Assembly: GCA_963750165.1 (NCBI GenBank)
Contig: CAVVPN010000003.1
Coordinates: 2,400,001 to 2,464,000 of the forward strand
DNA length: 64,000 bases
Source: an uncultured Gemmataceae bacterium
Lineage (GTDB): Bacteria; Planctomycetota; Planctomycetia; Gemmatales; Gemmataceae
Direction: 5' to 3'
In this document: positions 8,485 through 16,910 of the stretch, in pieces
Numbering within the stretch: position 1 is the first letter of the stretch
Layout of the letters: each line of letters opens with the position of its first letter
The notes under the pieces: generated by a model
Told to the model about the DNA's origin: nothing
Databases searched by the model: none
Seen by the model: only the letters and a program-made list of their open reading frames with translations
Position numbers and translations under genes: made by a program

Positions 8485-9732
8485 ATGGACGCGCTGCTCC
8501 CTGTCGTGCTGACCATTTGCTGCGGCATTGATGTCCACAAGAAGACCCTGACCGCCTGCCTCTTGAAGTCGGGTGCCTCGGGCGATGCGCTCGTCGAGCG
8601 CCGGGTCTTTCGGACCATGACCAGCGCCTTGCAGGAGTTGGCGCAGTGGTTGGTGCAGGCGGACTGTCGGCACGTGGCCATCGAGAGCACCGGCGTGTAT
8701 TGGAAGCCGGTGTTCAACATCCTGGAGCAGGCCGGCATTGAGGTCGTCCTGGTCAACGCCCAGCACGTCAAGAACGTGCCCGGACGCAAGACCGATGTCA
8801 AGGATGCCGAGTGGCTCGCCACCCTGTTGCGTGTGGGCCTGTTGCGCAGTAGTTTCGTGCCCCCCAAGGAAATCCGGGAACTGCGGGACTTGACGCGCTA
8901 CCGCACGCAAGTGATCCGCCAGCGCGCCGACGAGAGCAACCGTATCCAGAAGTTGCTGGAGAACTGCAACATCAAGTTGGCCGGCGTGGCCAGCGACGTA
9001 CTGGGAGCCAGTGGCCGAGACATGTTACGCAGCCTGGCCGAGGGCGTGGACAGCCCCGCCGTACTGGCCAACCTGGCGCGGGGCCAGCTGCGTGCGAAGA
9101 TCCCGGAATTGGAGGAAGCGCTGCGCGGGGTGATGAGCGCGACGCAGCGCTGGTTGCTGCGGGAGCAATTACAGAAGGTGAGCGACCTGGACGACGCCAT
9201 CGTCCGCTTGGATGCGAAGATCGCCGAGGTGTGCCTCCCGTTCGCGCAGGCGCTCGCGCTGTTGGACCAGATTCCCGGGGTGAACCAGCGGACGGCGCAG
9301 GTGATCGTGGCGGAGGTCGGCCTGGACATGAGCCGCTTTCAATCGGAGGGGCAGTTGGCGTCGTGGGCGGGGATGTGTCCAGGCAACCACGAGAGCGCTG
9401 GCAAGCAGAAGAGCGGCAAGACGCGCAAGGGCAACCGCTGGCTGCGGCAGGCGCTGGTGGAGGCGGCGCGGGGAGCGGCGAACACCAAGGAGAGCAGTCT
9501 GCGGGCGACGTACCATCGGATCAAGGCACGCCGCGGGGACAAGCGGGCCTGCCTGGCGGTGGGGCACCGGATCTTGCGGATGGCCTACACACTACTGAGC
9601 AAGCGCCGGCCGTACCAGGAAGAGGGGCCGGACTATTACCGGACGGCAGACAAGGACCGGCTGAAGGAGAGGCTGGTGCGGCGGCTGCAGAGAATGGGCT
9701 ATGAGGTGACCGTGGCGGAACCGGCGGCCTGA
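8485..9732 (+). CDS. IS110-family DEDD recombinase/transposase
   Basis: GIDVHKK, AIESTGVYW, KTDVKDA, IPGVN, WAGMCPGNHESAGK (catalytic Ser), GNRWLR; GGAG before ATG 8485. Confidence 0.95.
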   Translation: MDALLPVVLTICCGIDVHKKTLTACLLKSGASGDALVERRVFRTMTSALQELAQWLVQADCRHVAIESTGVYWKPVFNILEQAGIEVVLVNAQHVKNVPGRKTDVKDAEWLATLLRVGLLRSSFVPPKEIRELRDLTRYRTQVIRQRADESNRIQKLLENCNIKLAGVASDVLGASGRDMLRSLAEGVDSPAVLANLARGQLRAKIPELEEALRGVMSATQRWLLREQLQKVSDLDDAIVRLDAKIAEVCLPFAQALALLDQIPGVNQRTAQVIVAEVGLDMSRFQSEGQLASWAGMCPGNHESAGKQKSGKTRKGNRWLRQALVEAARGAANTKESSLRATYHRIKARRGDKRACLAVGHRILRMAYTLLSKRRPYQEEGPDYYRTADKDRLKERLVRRLQRMGYEVTVAEPAA

Positions 9733-9857
9733 GCAGGACCACCCACGACGGTCCCCTCGGTGGACACAGTCCCAGAAATACATTTTCGTGGGAGCTATGT
9801 CGTTCGGCGGCGGAGAGGCGGCTGTAGATTTACTATCTTGCAGACAGAGAGGATCTC

Positions 9858-10418
9858 ATGAAAGCGACAAGTGCAACCGCTACGGCATCCCTACTGCTAA
9901 TCGCCGCGCTACTGGCCGCGCGGTCTGGGGCGGCCCAGCCGCCAAAGGCGGACCAGCCCCCGGCCGGCGCGAAGACCCTTTCGGCGGACGACGACAAGGC
10001 CATCCGGCAGGTGATTCGCGGGATCGAGCAGGCGTGGAACGCCCACGACATGGACGCCTACGCCCGGCTGCTCCGGCCAGACGTCGAGTGGGTCAACGTC
10101 GTGGGCATGCACTGGCGCGGCCGGGACGACGTGATGCTCGCCCACAGAGCATTCCACAAAACGACCTTCAAGAACCACCACATCAAGACCGACGACATCC
10201 ACCTCCGCCCGCTCTGTCCCGGCTACGCGATCGCCGTGGTGACGACCACGAACGACGCGTTCACCGCGCCGGACGGTCGCGTCATCGACAAGAGGCAAGA
10301 TCGGCAGACCTACGTGTTGAGCAAAGAGGCCGACGGGTGGAAGATCGCCCACTGTGAGAACGTGTGGGTAGACGCCGAGGCGGCGAAGCACGACCCGGTG
10401 AAAAGCAAGAAGAAGTAG
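9858..10418 (+). CDS. Cassette 3: secreted SgcJ/EcaC-like NTF2/SnoaL-fold protein
   Basis: AWNAHDMDAY, DVEWVNVVGMHWRGR, GWKIAHCEN; signal peptide. Confidence 0.85.
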   Translation: MKATSATATASLLLIAALLAARSGAAQPPKADQPPAGAKTLSADDDKAIRQVIRGIEQAWNAHDMDAYARLLRPDVEWVNVVGMHWRGRDDVMLAHRAFHKTTFKNHHIKTDDIHLRPLCPGYAIAVVTTTNDAFTAPDGRVIDKRQDRQTYVLSKEADGWKIAHCENVWVDAEAAKHDPVKSKKK

Positions 10419-10589
10419 CGGCGTGCGGTCGCTCCGCCGAACCAGGCGCTGCACCTGACTTGCCTTCAGATTACAGGCATTTTACGCAGTCGCCGGGACA
10501 AAGTGAAGGACAAAGGCCGTGAATTGTCCCGCCAAGATTGTCCCGAAGGCCACGGCAGGCGGGGTGGCGGTCGAGCCTGGGTATCAGAA

Positions 10590-10904
10590 ATGGAACCACA
10601 CTTTTTCAGGGATGCCAGTGACCGCCTCACGCATGACAGAGCGGATATTGACTCCTCTTCGTATCCCGAAGTTTGCAGAACGGTCGCCGACCACTTCAAC
10701 CTGAAGCCGTTGTCAGAATTGGTCATCGGGCTTGACCAGATGTTTTGGGATTTTACGAATGGCACATTGGCCGTAGAGCTTGCGTGGGACAACTGGCTTT
10801 GTTTCACAATCACAGCAAAGGAGCCAGATGCAGAAGCACTTGTATGCCAAATGGCAGCTTTCCTATCGGAGACTCGACCGCCAAAGTTGGATTCATCACC
10901 CTGA
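10590..10904 (+). CDS. Small acidic hypothetical protein (DUF3630-like)
   Basis: 104 aa from ATG 10590; GLDQMFWDF...LAWDNW pattern; low GC. Confidence 0.55.
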   Translation: MEPHFFRDASDRLTHDRADIDSSSYPEVCRTVADHFNLKPLSELVIGLDQMFWDFTNGTLAVELAWDNWLCFTITAKEPDAEALVCQMAAFLSETRPPKLDSSP

Positions 10905-11702
10905 AACGGCTGTTACCACATCGTCCATGCTGGAAATCCACCCAGCAGGAACACCAAAATAGCCCACCGAGCGACGAACCCGCTTCAACGAGAAGTAGCC
11001 CTGAATGAGTTCATGGAGTTCAAGGGCATATTCCTCCGCACCGGGTTGTTGAAGCCCCTCACTGATCTTCCGCTCCTGTTCCTTGATCTCTTTCCAGATG
11101 TCCTCCTTGTTCATGCCGGTCGGCCAAAATAGGCCGATGGTTCCGTACTTCCGCATCTTAAGTTCTTGCCGAAGCAGGACACGCTTCCTGTTCCATCGGT
11201 CATGGCTGACGATCTCACCGTTCTTATACTTCGCCGTCCTCGCCTTCGTCATGTAGCGGACGGTGAACCGGCCTTCGGCGGGGTCGTACTTCTCCACCTT
11301 GATGTTGGTCTTCACGTCGTCCACCGCAAACTTCACCAACTCCGACAGGTTCGGCGTCTGGCTCCGTAGTAGCATGTGGTAGTTGAAGCGGTTGCTACGG
11401 CGGCTGACTTCGCAGATGTAGAGGGCGACGACGTTCTTGCCCTTCAAGTAGCGGCACACCTTCGACCACAACACCTTCATCTCGGCGGCGGTCAAGTCCT
11501 GCATGATGTTGATGGAGGCGAAGAACGTGAACTCGTCCTTGAAGTAACGGTGTCTGGCCCACGCCACACAGCGGGAGAGCTTGTCGGCCTCGTAGATGTA
11601 CCCGTCCAGCGTGTACCAGCCGTCCTCTTGGAAGCCCAACGGACGGACACGCTTCTTGGGGCGGCATTGATACAATCTCTCTGGTGAGGTACTATCTACC
11701 AT
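10896..11702 (-). CDS. Rolling-circle replication initiator (HUH-superfamily Rep-like)
   Basis: Motif 1-like FFASINI, motif 2-like LYICEVSRRSNRFNYHMLL, motif 3 RYMTK (YxxK). Confidence 0.65.
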   Translation of the reverse strand: MVDSTSPERLYQCRPKKRVRPLGFQEDGWYTLDGYIYEADKLSRCVAWARHRYFKDEFTFFASINIMQDLTAAEMKVLWSKVCRYLKGKNVVALYICEVSRRSNRFNYHMLLRSQTPNLSELVKFAVDDVKTNIKVEKYDPAEGRFTVRYMTKARTAKYKNGEIVSHDRWNRKRVLLRQELKMRKYGTIGLFWPTGMNKEDIWKEIKEQERKISEGLQQPGAEEYALELHELIQGYFSLKRVRRSVGYFGVPAGWISSMDDVVTAVSG

Positions 11703-11711
11703 AGCTTTCGG

Positions 11712-11750
11712 AACCCGCCGTGCTTGGGTTGCAGTTCGGTACGGCGGGTT
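11712..11750. other. Hairpin upstream of rep (terminator or candidate origin)
   Basis: 10-bp perfect arms aacccgccgt / acggcgggtt. Confidence 0.5.
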
Positions 11751-11777
11751 TCTTCGTGTTGCGATTTCACGATGCTG

Positions 11778-12053
11778 TCAGTCAGGCGATCTCCACTGCC
11801 GACCGAACTTGACGGTTTCCCAGCCGAATGGAGCGGCGGCAAAACCTTCCCTTTCATCGCCGTCGCCCATGATGATTACATCCCCCAGCTTACTCTCGTA
11901 CTGGTCAAACACCTTGGCAATGCTCTCGGCATCCAGTACCAGATGTTCGTGGTACTCGTCGGGGAACCTTGCCCCACGCATATCGGTGAGAGAGCGAGGA
12001 CGCCAACTGCCATGTCCTTCGGTGTTATCGAGGCGGTAGACGACAGCTTTCAT
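11778..12053 (-). CDS. Hypothetical protein (element cargo)
   Basis: 91-aa ATG ORF tiled co-directionally with its neighbours. Confidence 0.6.
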   Translation of the reverse strand: MKAVVYRLDNTEGHGSWRPRSLTDMRGARFPDEYHEHLVLDAESIAKVFDQYESKLGDVIIMGDGDEREGFAAAPFGWETVKFGRQWRSPD

Positions 12054-12070
12054 TGTGTATGTCCAGAAGG

Positions 12071-12478
12071 TCAGGAGTTGTCCGCTGCCGGTCGAGAGGG
12101 CGATGTCGTGAAAGTCGTATTATATCTACCAATCTCGGATGCCCCTCGCAGGTCGCTTTCGACTTGCACGGCCTGACGTGCCGCCTCGTCGTGGAAGTTG
12201 AAGAAGTTGGCGTACTCCGGGTAGTCAATAACCATCTGCCGGGCCATCATCGGGAGGAAGTCGTTCGACACCTTGTAGCCGACGTACTCTCCCACCGACA
12301 TCTCCCACCGTATGCGATTACCGATCAGGTTCGCTCCGCAGCGGTCGTGACCGGCTTTGCGGTACATCTCGGAGAACTGTCGGAACAAGGCGTACACGGT
12401 CTGGCCGTGCTTGGTGTTGATCCACTTCTGGAAACGGTCGTACTTCTCGTTGGTGTACCGGGAGAAGATACCGGGCAT
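12071..12478 (-). CDS. Phage-type conserved hypothetical protein
   Basis: VYALFRQF...GANLIGNRIRWE...YKVSNDFLPMMAR...P...NFF pattern recalled from small phage proteins; start ATG 12478 inferred. Confidence 0.6.
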   Translation of the reverse strand: MPGIFSRYTNEKYDRFQKWINTKHGQTVYALFRQFSEMYRKAGHDRCGANLIGNRIRWEMSVGEYVGYKVSNDFLPMMARQMVIDYPEYANFFNFHDEAARQAVQVESDLRGASEIGRYNTTFTTSPSRPAADNS

Positions 12479-12585
12479 GGATGTAATGTTCACGCCGGTA
12501 TCTATGCACCGGCGTTTCATTTTACCCGAATTTTTCCCGACTCGGTGTACTTCATGCCCAACAGGACGGCTGACACCTGAACTGG

Positions 12586-12867
12586 TCAATCATGAGGCTG
12601 CGGCTGAAAGAGAAGGAAAGTTTCTTCCGGGGTTGCCATGAAACGGTTGATCCGCTCGGCTTCGTCTGGCCCTGCATCGGCGGGGTACTCGTCGTGCAAG
12701 AATTGGAGGACATCAGCTAAGGGCCACGGCCCCAGCGAAGTCATATAGTCGTCGAACTCGTCCTGTATCTCTCGCCACGTTGAATATGGCTTCTTCGTTA
12801 GCAGCACTGGCCCGCTCCGCAGATACACGATATGTAGCAACACGTCGATGATGGGTGTAGTGTTCAT
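12586..12867 (-). CDS. Hypothetical protein (element cargo)
   Basis: 93 aa from ATG 12867 (MNTTPIIDVLLHIVYLRSG...), acidic. Confidence 0.6.
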   Translation of the reverse strand: MNTTPIIDVLLHIVYLRSGPVLLTKKPYSTWREIQDEFDDYMTSLGPWPLADVLQFLHDEYPADAGPDEAERINRFMATPEETFLLFQPQPHD

Positions 12868-12881
12868 GTTGTCGAAGTCAC

Positions 12882-13295
12882 TCAGTTGAAGTTGCCGACA
12901 TCGAAAAACGTCCCTTCTTCTGGAACGAACATCACGGCTCCCGGTAGCTTCTCCTCCAAGTCTTGCAGCAAGAAGACGAAGTGGTTGAAATGCTTCATGT
13001 CGTAGTCCTTGTCCGCACCGATGCTGACCCACTTGTCACACGCAGTCAACTGCTCCTTGTCAGTCCGCTCGGAGCCGTACCCGGCCACAATCTCTTCCGA
13101 CTCCTTGCGGACGCTCTCTCCTGCTTCGTAATAGACTCTCAGCGACCAGTCGCCCCACCGTACTTCCACACGACTTCCTTCAACATGTATCTGTGCCGCT
13201 CGATCTCGCCCGTATGTGTCGGTGACCAAGGCTGCGAGCTTTGTCGCAGACATGTCAGTCGTCGGTGGCAAGAAAATGATCCTGTCGTATGGCAT
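12882..13295 (-). CDS. Hypothetical acidic protein (immunity-protein-like composition)
   Basis: 137-aa ATG ORF; DYDMKHFNHFVFLLQDLEEKL...FVP. Confidence 0.65.
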   Translation of the reverse strand: MPYDRIIFLPPTTDMSATKLAALVTDTYGRDRAAQIHVEGSRVEVRWGDWSLRVYYEAGESVRKESEEIVAGYGSERTDKEQLTACDKWVSIGADKDYDMKHFNHFVFLLQDLEEKLPGAVMFVPEEGTFFDVGNFN

Positions 13296-13589
13296 AGTTC
13301 GTCGTCCTGTTGCTGCCGTTCAGAAACAAGAAAGCACACATGGTCATGGTGGAGCAGACCGGGGTTGATGGAACCAGTTTCCAACTTTTTACATTCGTAT
13401 TTCCGTGTTCTTAACTCTTCAACAAGGGCTGAGGGCGAACTGGAGGCTGTAAAGAACACGGACTTGGCCCACCCCCTTGAACGGCTCCCACACCACTACC
13501 ACAACACCGAGCAGGAGGCCAACAAGGACACGCAACCCCCGCAAAAAGCAGAGGTTGCGGTGTGTACTACTTCGGAACTCTGAACCGAC

Positions 13590-13640
13590 GTATTAACCAG
13601 TCGGCGGGCTGTCCGCTGCCCGGCACAGGGTGGTTAATAC
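13590..13640 (-). terminator. Hairpin just downstream of the integrase gene
   Basis: gtattaacca ... tggttaatac inverted repeat 8 bp past the stop. Confidence 0.45.
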
Positions 13641-14422
13641 TGCTGTTATTACTCCTTTTCCTCGTCGCCGCCGAACACCTTCGCCCGCACCATGTCCAGT
13701 GCCTTGTCGAGCTTGGCGACCTGGGCGTCCGTGAGGTTGCAGACGTAGCTGCTGTAGTGCGTGCCGTACCCTTCGGCCCGGTACAGGATGCGGCTCTCCT
13801 CCTCCCCGGTGAGTTCCTGTATCCACTGAGCCACCGTCTTCCGCAAGGCCATGTGTTCGGGCAGGCCGTACTTGTCCCGAAGCTGCTGGTACGCCCGTTC
13901 AAGCTGCCCCCGGTACAGCTTGTACTCCTTCCGCTCCTTCTGCGGGTCGTGGCCGTACTGGAGAACGGCCAGCGTTTCCGGCCACAACTTCCACTTCGAC
14001 ATGAAGCCCTTCTGTACCCCGTCCCGCTTGTTCTTCGCCCTCGCCTTCGTGACGTGGCTCTCGTCGCAGTGCTTGGCCTGTAGCTCGGCGATGTCCGACC
14101 AGTAGAACCCGCAGTTCAACCCCAGCAGCAGACCGACACGCTGAAGCCCGGTGGCGTGCTGGAGGGCGAGTTTGACCTGAGCCAACTCGTACTTCGTCTG
14201 GTCGGGCGGCGGCGTGTGGATGCGGTACTTCTTGTTGCGGACGAACGGGAACCGCAGGTCGTCCCGGTCGGCCTCCAGATGCTTCAGGAACGTGTGGATG
14301 ATCCGCTGGCGGTTCTGCTTGGTCCGCTGCGTCCAGCCTTCGGCCTGCTGTGGTGTGCTCCCCAAAAAGTGGTCCAGGTGGTATGAGAGTCTCTGAGGCC
14401 CTGCGGGGCCAGGAGACGAACC

Positions 14423-14695
14423 ATGAAGCGACACACGGCTGAAGAGGTCATCACCAAGCTGCGGCAGGCCGAGGCCGACCTGGCCCAGGGGCTTGGCGTC
14501 GCCCAGGTCTGCCAGAAACTCGGCGTCAGCGAGCAGACCCTGCACCGCTGGCGGAACCAGTACGGCGGCCTCAAGCAGGACGAGGCCAAGCGGCTCAAGG
14601 AACTGGAGACCGAGAACGTTCGCCTCAAGCGCCTCGTCGCCGAGCTGGCCCTGGACAAGCAGCTGCTCCAGGAGGCCGTCCAAAAAAAGTGGTGA
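14423..14695 (+). CDS. IS3 transposase OrfA (HTH)
   Basis: LGVSEQTLHRWRNQYGG, LKELETENVRLKRLVAEL; A7G slippery site at 14682-14689. Confidence 0.93.
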   Translation: MKRHTAEEVITKLRQAEADLAQGLGVAQVCQKLGVSEQTLHRWRNQYGGLKQDEAKRLKELETENVRLKRLVAELALDKQLLQEAVQKKW

Positions 14696-15600
14696 CCGCC
14701 GCCCAGCGCCGCCAGCTGGCGCGGCACCTGCAGGAGGCGTTCGGCGTGTCCGAGCGCCGCGCCTGCCGCGTGCTGGGGCAACCGCGCTCCACCCAGCGGC
14801 AGGTCCCCCTTCCCCAGGAGGAGGAAGGCCGGCTGGTCCGGCGCATCCTGGAGCTGGTGCGCCAGCACCCGCGCTACGGCTACCGGCGCATCTGGGCGCT
14901 GCTGCGCCGGGAAGGGTGGCGGGTCAACCGCAAGCGCGTCTGGCGGCTGTGGCGGCAGCAGGGGCTGAAAGTGCCCAGGAAGCAGCGGAAAAAACGGCGG
15001 CTGGGCTCCAGTGCCAACAGCTGCGTGCGGCGGCCGGCGGAGCACAAGGGCCACGTCTGGGCGTGGGACTTCCTGCACGACCGGACGGCGGACGGCGGGG
15101 CGCTGAAGTGGTTCACGCTGGTGGACGAGTATACGCGCGAGTGCCTGGCCCTGGAGGTGCGGCGCGGCATGACGGCCCGGGCGGTGAACGCGGTGCTGGC
15201 CGGGGTGGTGCGGGAGCGTGGCGCACCGAGGCACATTCGCAGCGACAACGGGCCGGAGTTCATCGCCAAGGCGATCCGGGCCTGGATGACGGGGGCGGGC
15301 CTGGAGACGCTGTACATCGCGCCGGGGGCGCCGTGGGAGAACGGGTACGCGGAGTCGTTCAACAGCAAGGTGCGCGACGAACTGCTGAACGCGGAGGTGT
15401 TCGGCAGCCTGCGGGAGGCGCAGGTGCTGGGCAAGGCATGGAAGCACGAGTACAACCACGTCCGGCCTCACAGCTCGTTGGGGTATCGGACGCCAGCGGA
15501 GTACGGGGAGATGTGTCCTCGGGCCGACTCCGCTGCGCTACGCCAGCCCGAGGACACATCTGTGACGGTTGATCCGACTCTCACAGCGCCTGGTACATAA
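14689..15600 (+). CDS. IS3 transposase OrfB (DDE), fused by -1 frameshift
   Basis: YGYRRI, WAWDF, VDEYTRECL, SDNGPEF, PWENGYAESFN, RPHSSLGY. Confidence 0.95.
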   Translation: MVTAAQRRQLARHLQEAFGVSERRACRVLGQPRSTQRQVPLPQEEEGRLVRRILELVRQHPRYGYRRIWALLRREGWRVNRKRVWRLWRQQGLKVPRKQRKKRRLGSSANSCVRRPAEHKGHVWAWDFLHDRTADGGALKWFTLVDEYTRECLALEVRRGMTARAVNAVLAGVVRERGAPRHIRSDNGPEFIAKAIRAWMTGAGLETLYIAPGAPWENGYAESFNSKVRDELLNAEVFGSLREAQVLGKAWKHEYNHVRPHSSLGYRTPAEYGEMCPRADSAALRQPEDTSVTVDPTLTAPGT

Positions 15601-16793
15601 AATGGGGGCAAGCCAGCTGCTCTCGGTCGAGGATTTCAAGGAAGCGGCGGTAGTGCTGGACCGTGATCTCGGTCAGCCGGATGTGGCCGGTCGCCTCAAG
15701 GAACAAGTCCATCGCCCGCTTGATGTCGTACCACTGTTTGTTGTCCTTCTTCTTGTAGCTGTCGATGTACGCCTTCGCCTCCACCGTGAGGCTCACGTCC
15801 TTCGGGATGGCCCTGCTCTCAGCAAGGTCGTTCAGCACGCTCGCCGTGATGATGCCCTCGCCCCCGTCGAGGGCCACCAGAGCCGCCGCCTGTCGCATAT
15901 CGGGGTGGACGGCAGGACCGTCCACATGGTCGATGTCCCAATCTGGCACGGTTCGGGCATCGGCGAGTTCTTCTTCAAGCTGGGCCGTGTCCCGGCCCTG
16001 CTCCTTGAACTCCGTGATGAACCCCTCAAGGCTGGCGATGCGGGTCGGGATCGGGGTCGGGCCGAGTAATTCGGCGGCTTTCTCGGCCCGCTTGAGCTTC
16101 AGGTACTTGAGCCAGTACGGGCGGCTCCCCTTCTCGCTGTTGGGGACCGCTTCCTTGAACGACTCCTGAAGTTGCTGGGTGGTGGCCGACACCTTGAGTT
16201 CCTTCGTTCGGAGCTTCCACTGCTTCTTGTCGTGGTCGAATGTTCCGTTGCCGTGAACCGCCATCTCGTCCATTGCCTTACCCCCTGCAACCCGCTATTC
16301 CTTGTATTGTCCCGAACTTTGCCCCTCCGGTCAATCGTCCCGAAGAGGTTTAGGACGTTACTTCTGATCTGGCAATCGGTTGCACTGCGTCAGGCGGGTG
16401 CGTTGGGGGCAAAACGGTCTGTCGCTGCACCTGACCGGGGCCGCCATACTGGTTCTCCGAGGCGCCAAGGTTTTGCAGGCGGCCCCGGCAGGTGAGGTTG
16501 GTTGTTCGGCTTGGCTGGCGTCATAAATGGTGTAGCACCATAGGTTTAAGCGATTCGGAGCCGCGTGGCTTAAGACGCGCGTCTCGTCGGAACCGCGAAC
16601 CGCCTTGGCCCACCAGGCGTGGCGTGCAGTCCAGGAGCGGCGGGAAGCCTCCGATCCGTTGCTACGGCGAGGCCATGCGTTCCCGCTCGCTGCGGTGGGG
16701 TCTGGTTCCCTGGTTGCCACCAGCCCACGCGATCTATCCCGAGGCAACCGGCCGGCACTTGGAACGCAGAGTTCAGCGCAACTGGTCCGCCCA

Positions 16794-16888
16794 GCCGAAC
16801 CCGCCGTTGCACGAAACCGGGCGCGCCTCCCGGTCCCTCTGACGGTGAGTCGGCCCAGCGCGCCCGGTTCGTGAACTCTGCGTTCGGC
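16794..16888 (+). other. attC site 4 (cassette 4, 16511-16793, has no convincing ORF)
   Basis: GCCGAAC...ttgcacgaaaccgggcgcgc / gcgcgcccggttcgtgaa...GTTCGGC. Confidence 0.8.
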
Positions 16889-16910
16889 AGCACACGAAAG
16901 GGGGGTGCGA

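Larger units (their letters stand above)
8257..9794 (+). mobile_element. IS110-family insertion sequence inserted in attC
   Basis: AG core at both junctions (8255-8256, 9793-9794); ~230-bp non-coding left end; short subterminal IR ccatgaaa/tttcgtgg. Confidence 0.85.
8181..9808 (+). other. attC site 2, split by IS110 (halves 8181-8256 and 9795-9808)
   Basis: Joining the halves gives GCCGAAC...gctgctgcggacgggcca...tggcccgccgcagAGctatgtc-GTTCGGC, a complete attC hairpin. Confidence 0.8.
14351..15615 (+). mobile_element. IS3-family element (IS407-like), 1265 bp
   Basis: TG...CA ends, imperfect IRs tggtgtgctcccc / gggggcaagcca, 4-bp target duplication GCTG (14347-14350, 15616-15619). Confidence 0.92.
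13649..16273 (-). pseudogene. Tyrosine recombinase/integrase (~451 aa) interrupted by IS3
   Basis: Removing the IS3 and one GCTG copy joins ...ILDREQ to QAEGWT... in frame; core-binding helices (IRLTEITVQHYRRF), LLLGLNCGF..SDIAEL, HMALRKT, C-terminal Tyr candidates HYSSY. Confidence 0.8.
10447..16435. mobile_element. Integrative element (tyrosine recombinase + rolling-circle Rep) integrated in attC
   Basis: 13-bp direct repeat CGCTGCACCTGAC at 10447-10459 and 16423-16435; ATTGTCCCG-type repeats near both ends; genes mostly on the minus strand, opposite to the cassettes. Confidence 0.85.
10436..16510 (+). other. attC site 3, split by an integrative element (halves 10436-10459 and 16423-16510)
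   Basis: Joining at the shared 13-mer gives GCCGAACcaggcgctgcacctgaccggggccgcc...ggcggccccggcaggtgag...GTTCGGC, closely similar to the intact attC at 17320-17418. Confidence 0.85.

Noticed and set aside
13649..16273. This tyrosine recombinase as the integron integrase IntI
   Set aside because: Lacks IntI motifs, lies mid-array, and sits within its own direct-repeat-bounded element.
10447..16435. Element as a prophage or inovirus
   Set aside because: No recognisable capsid, terminase, Zot-like ATPase or small TM coat genes; a satellite lifestyle is not excluded.
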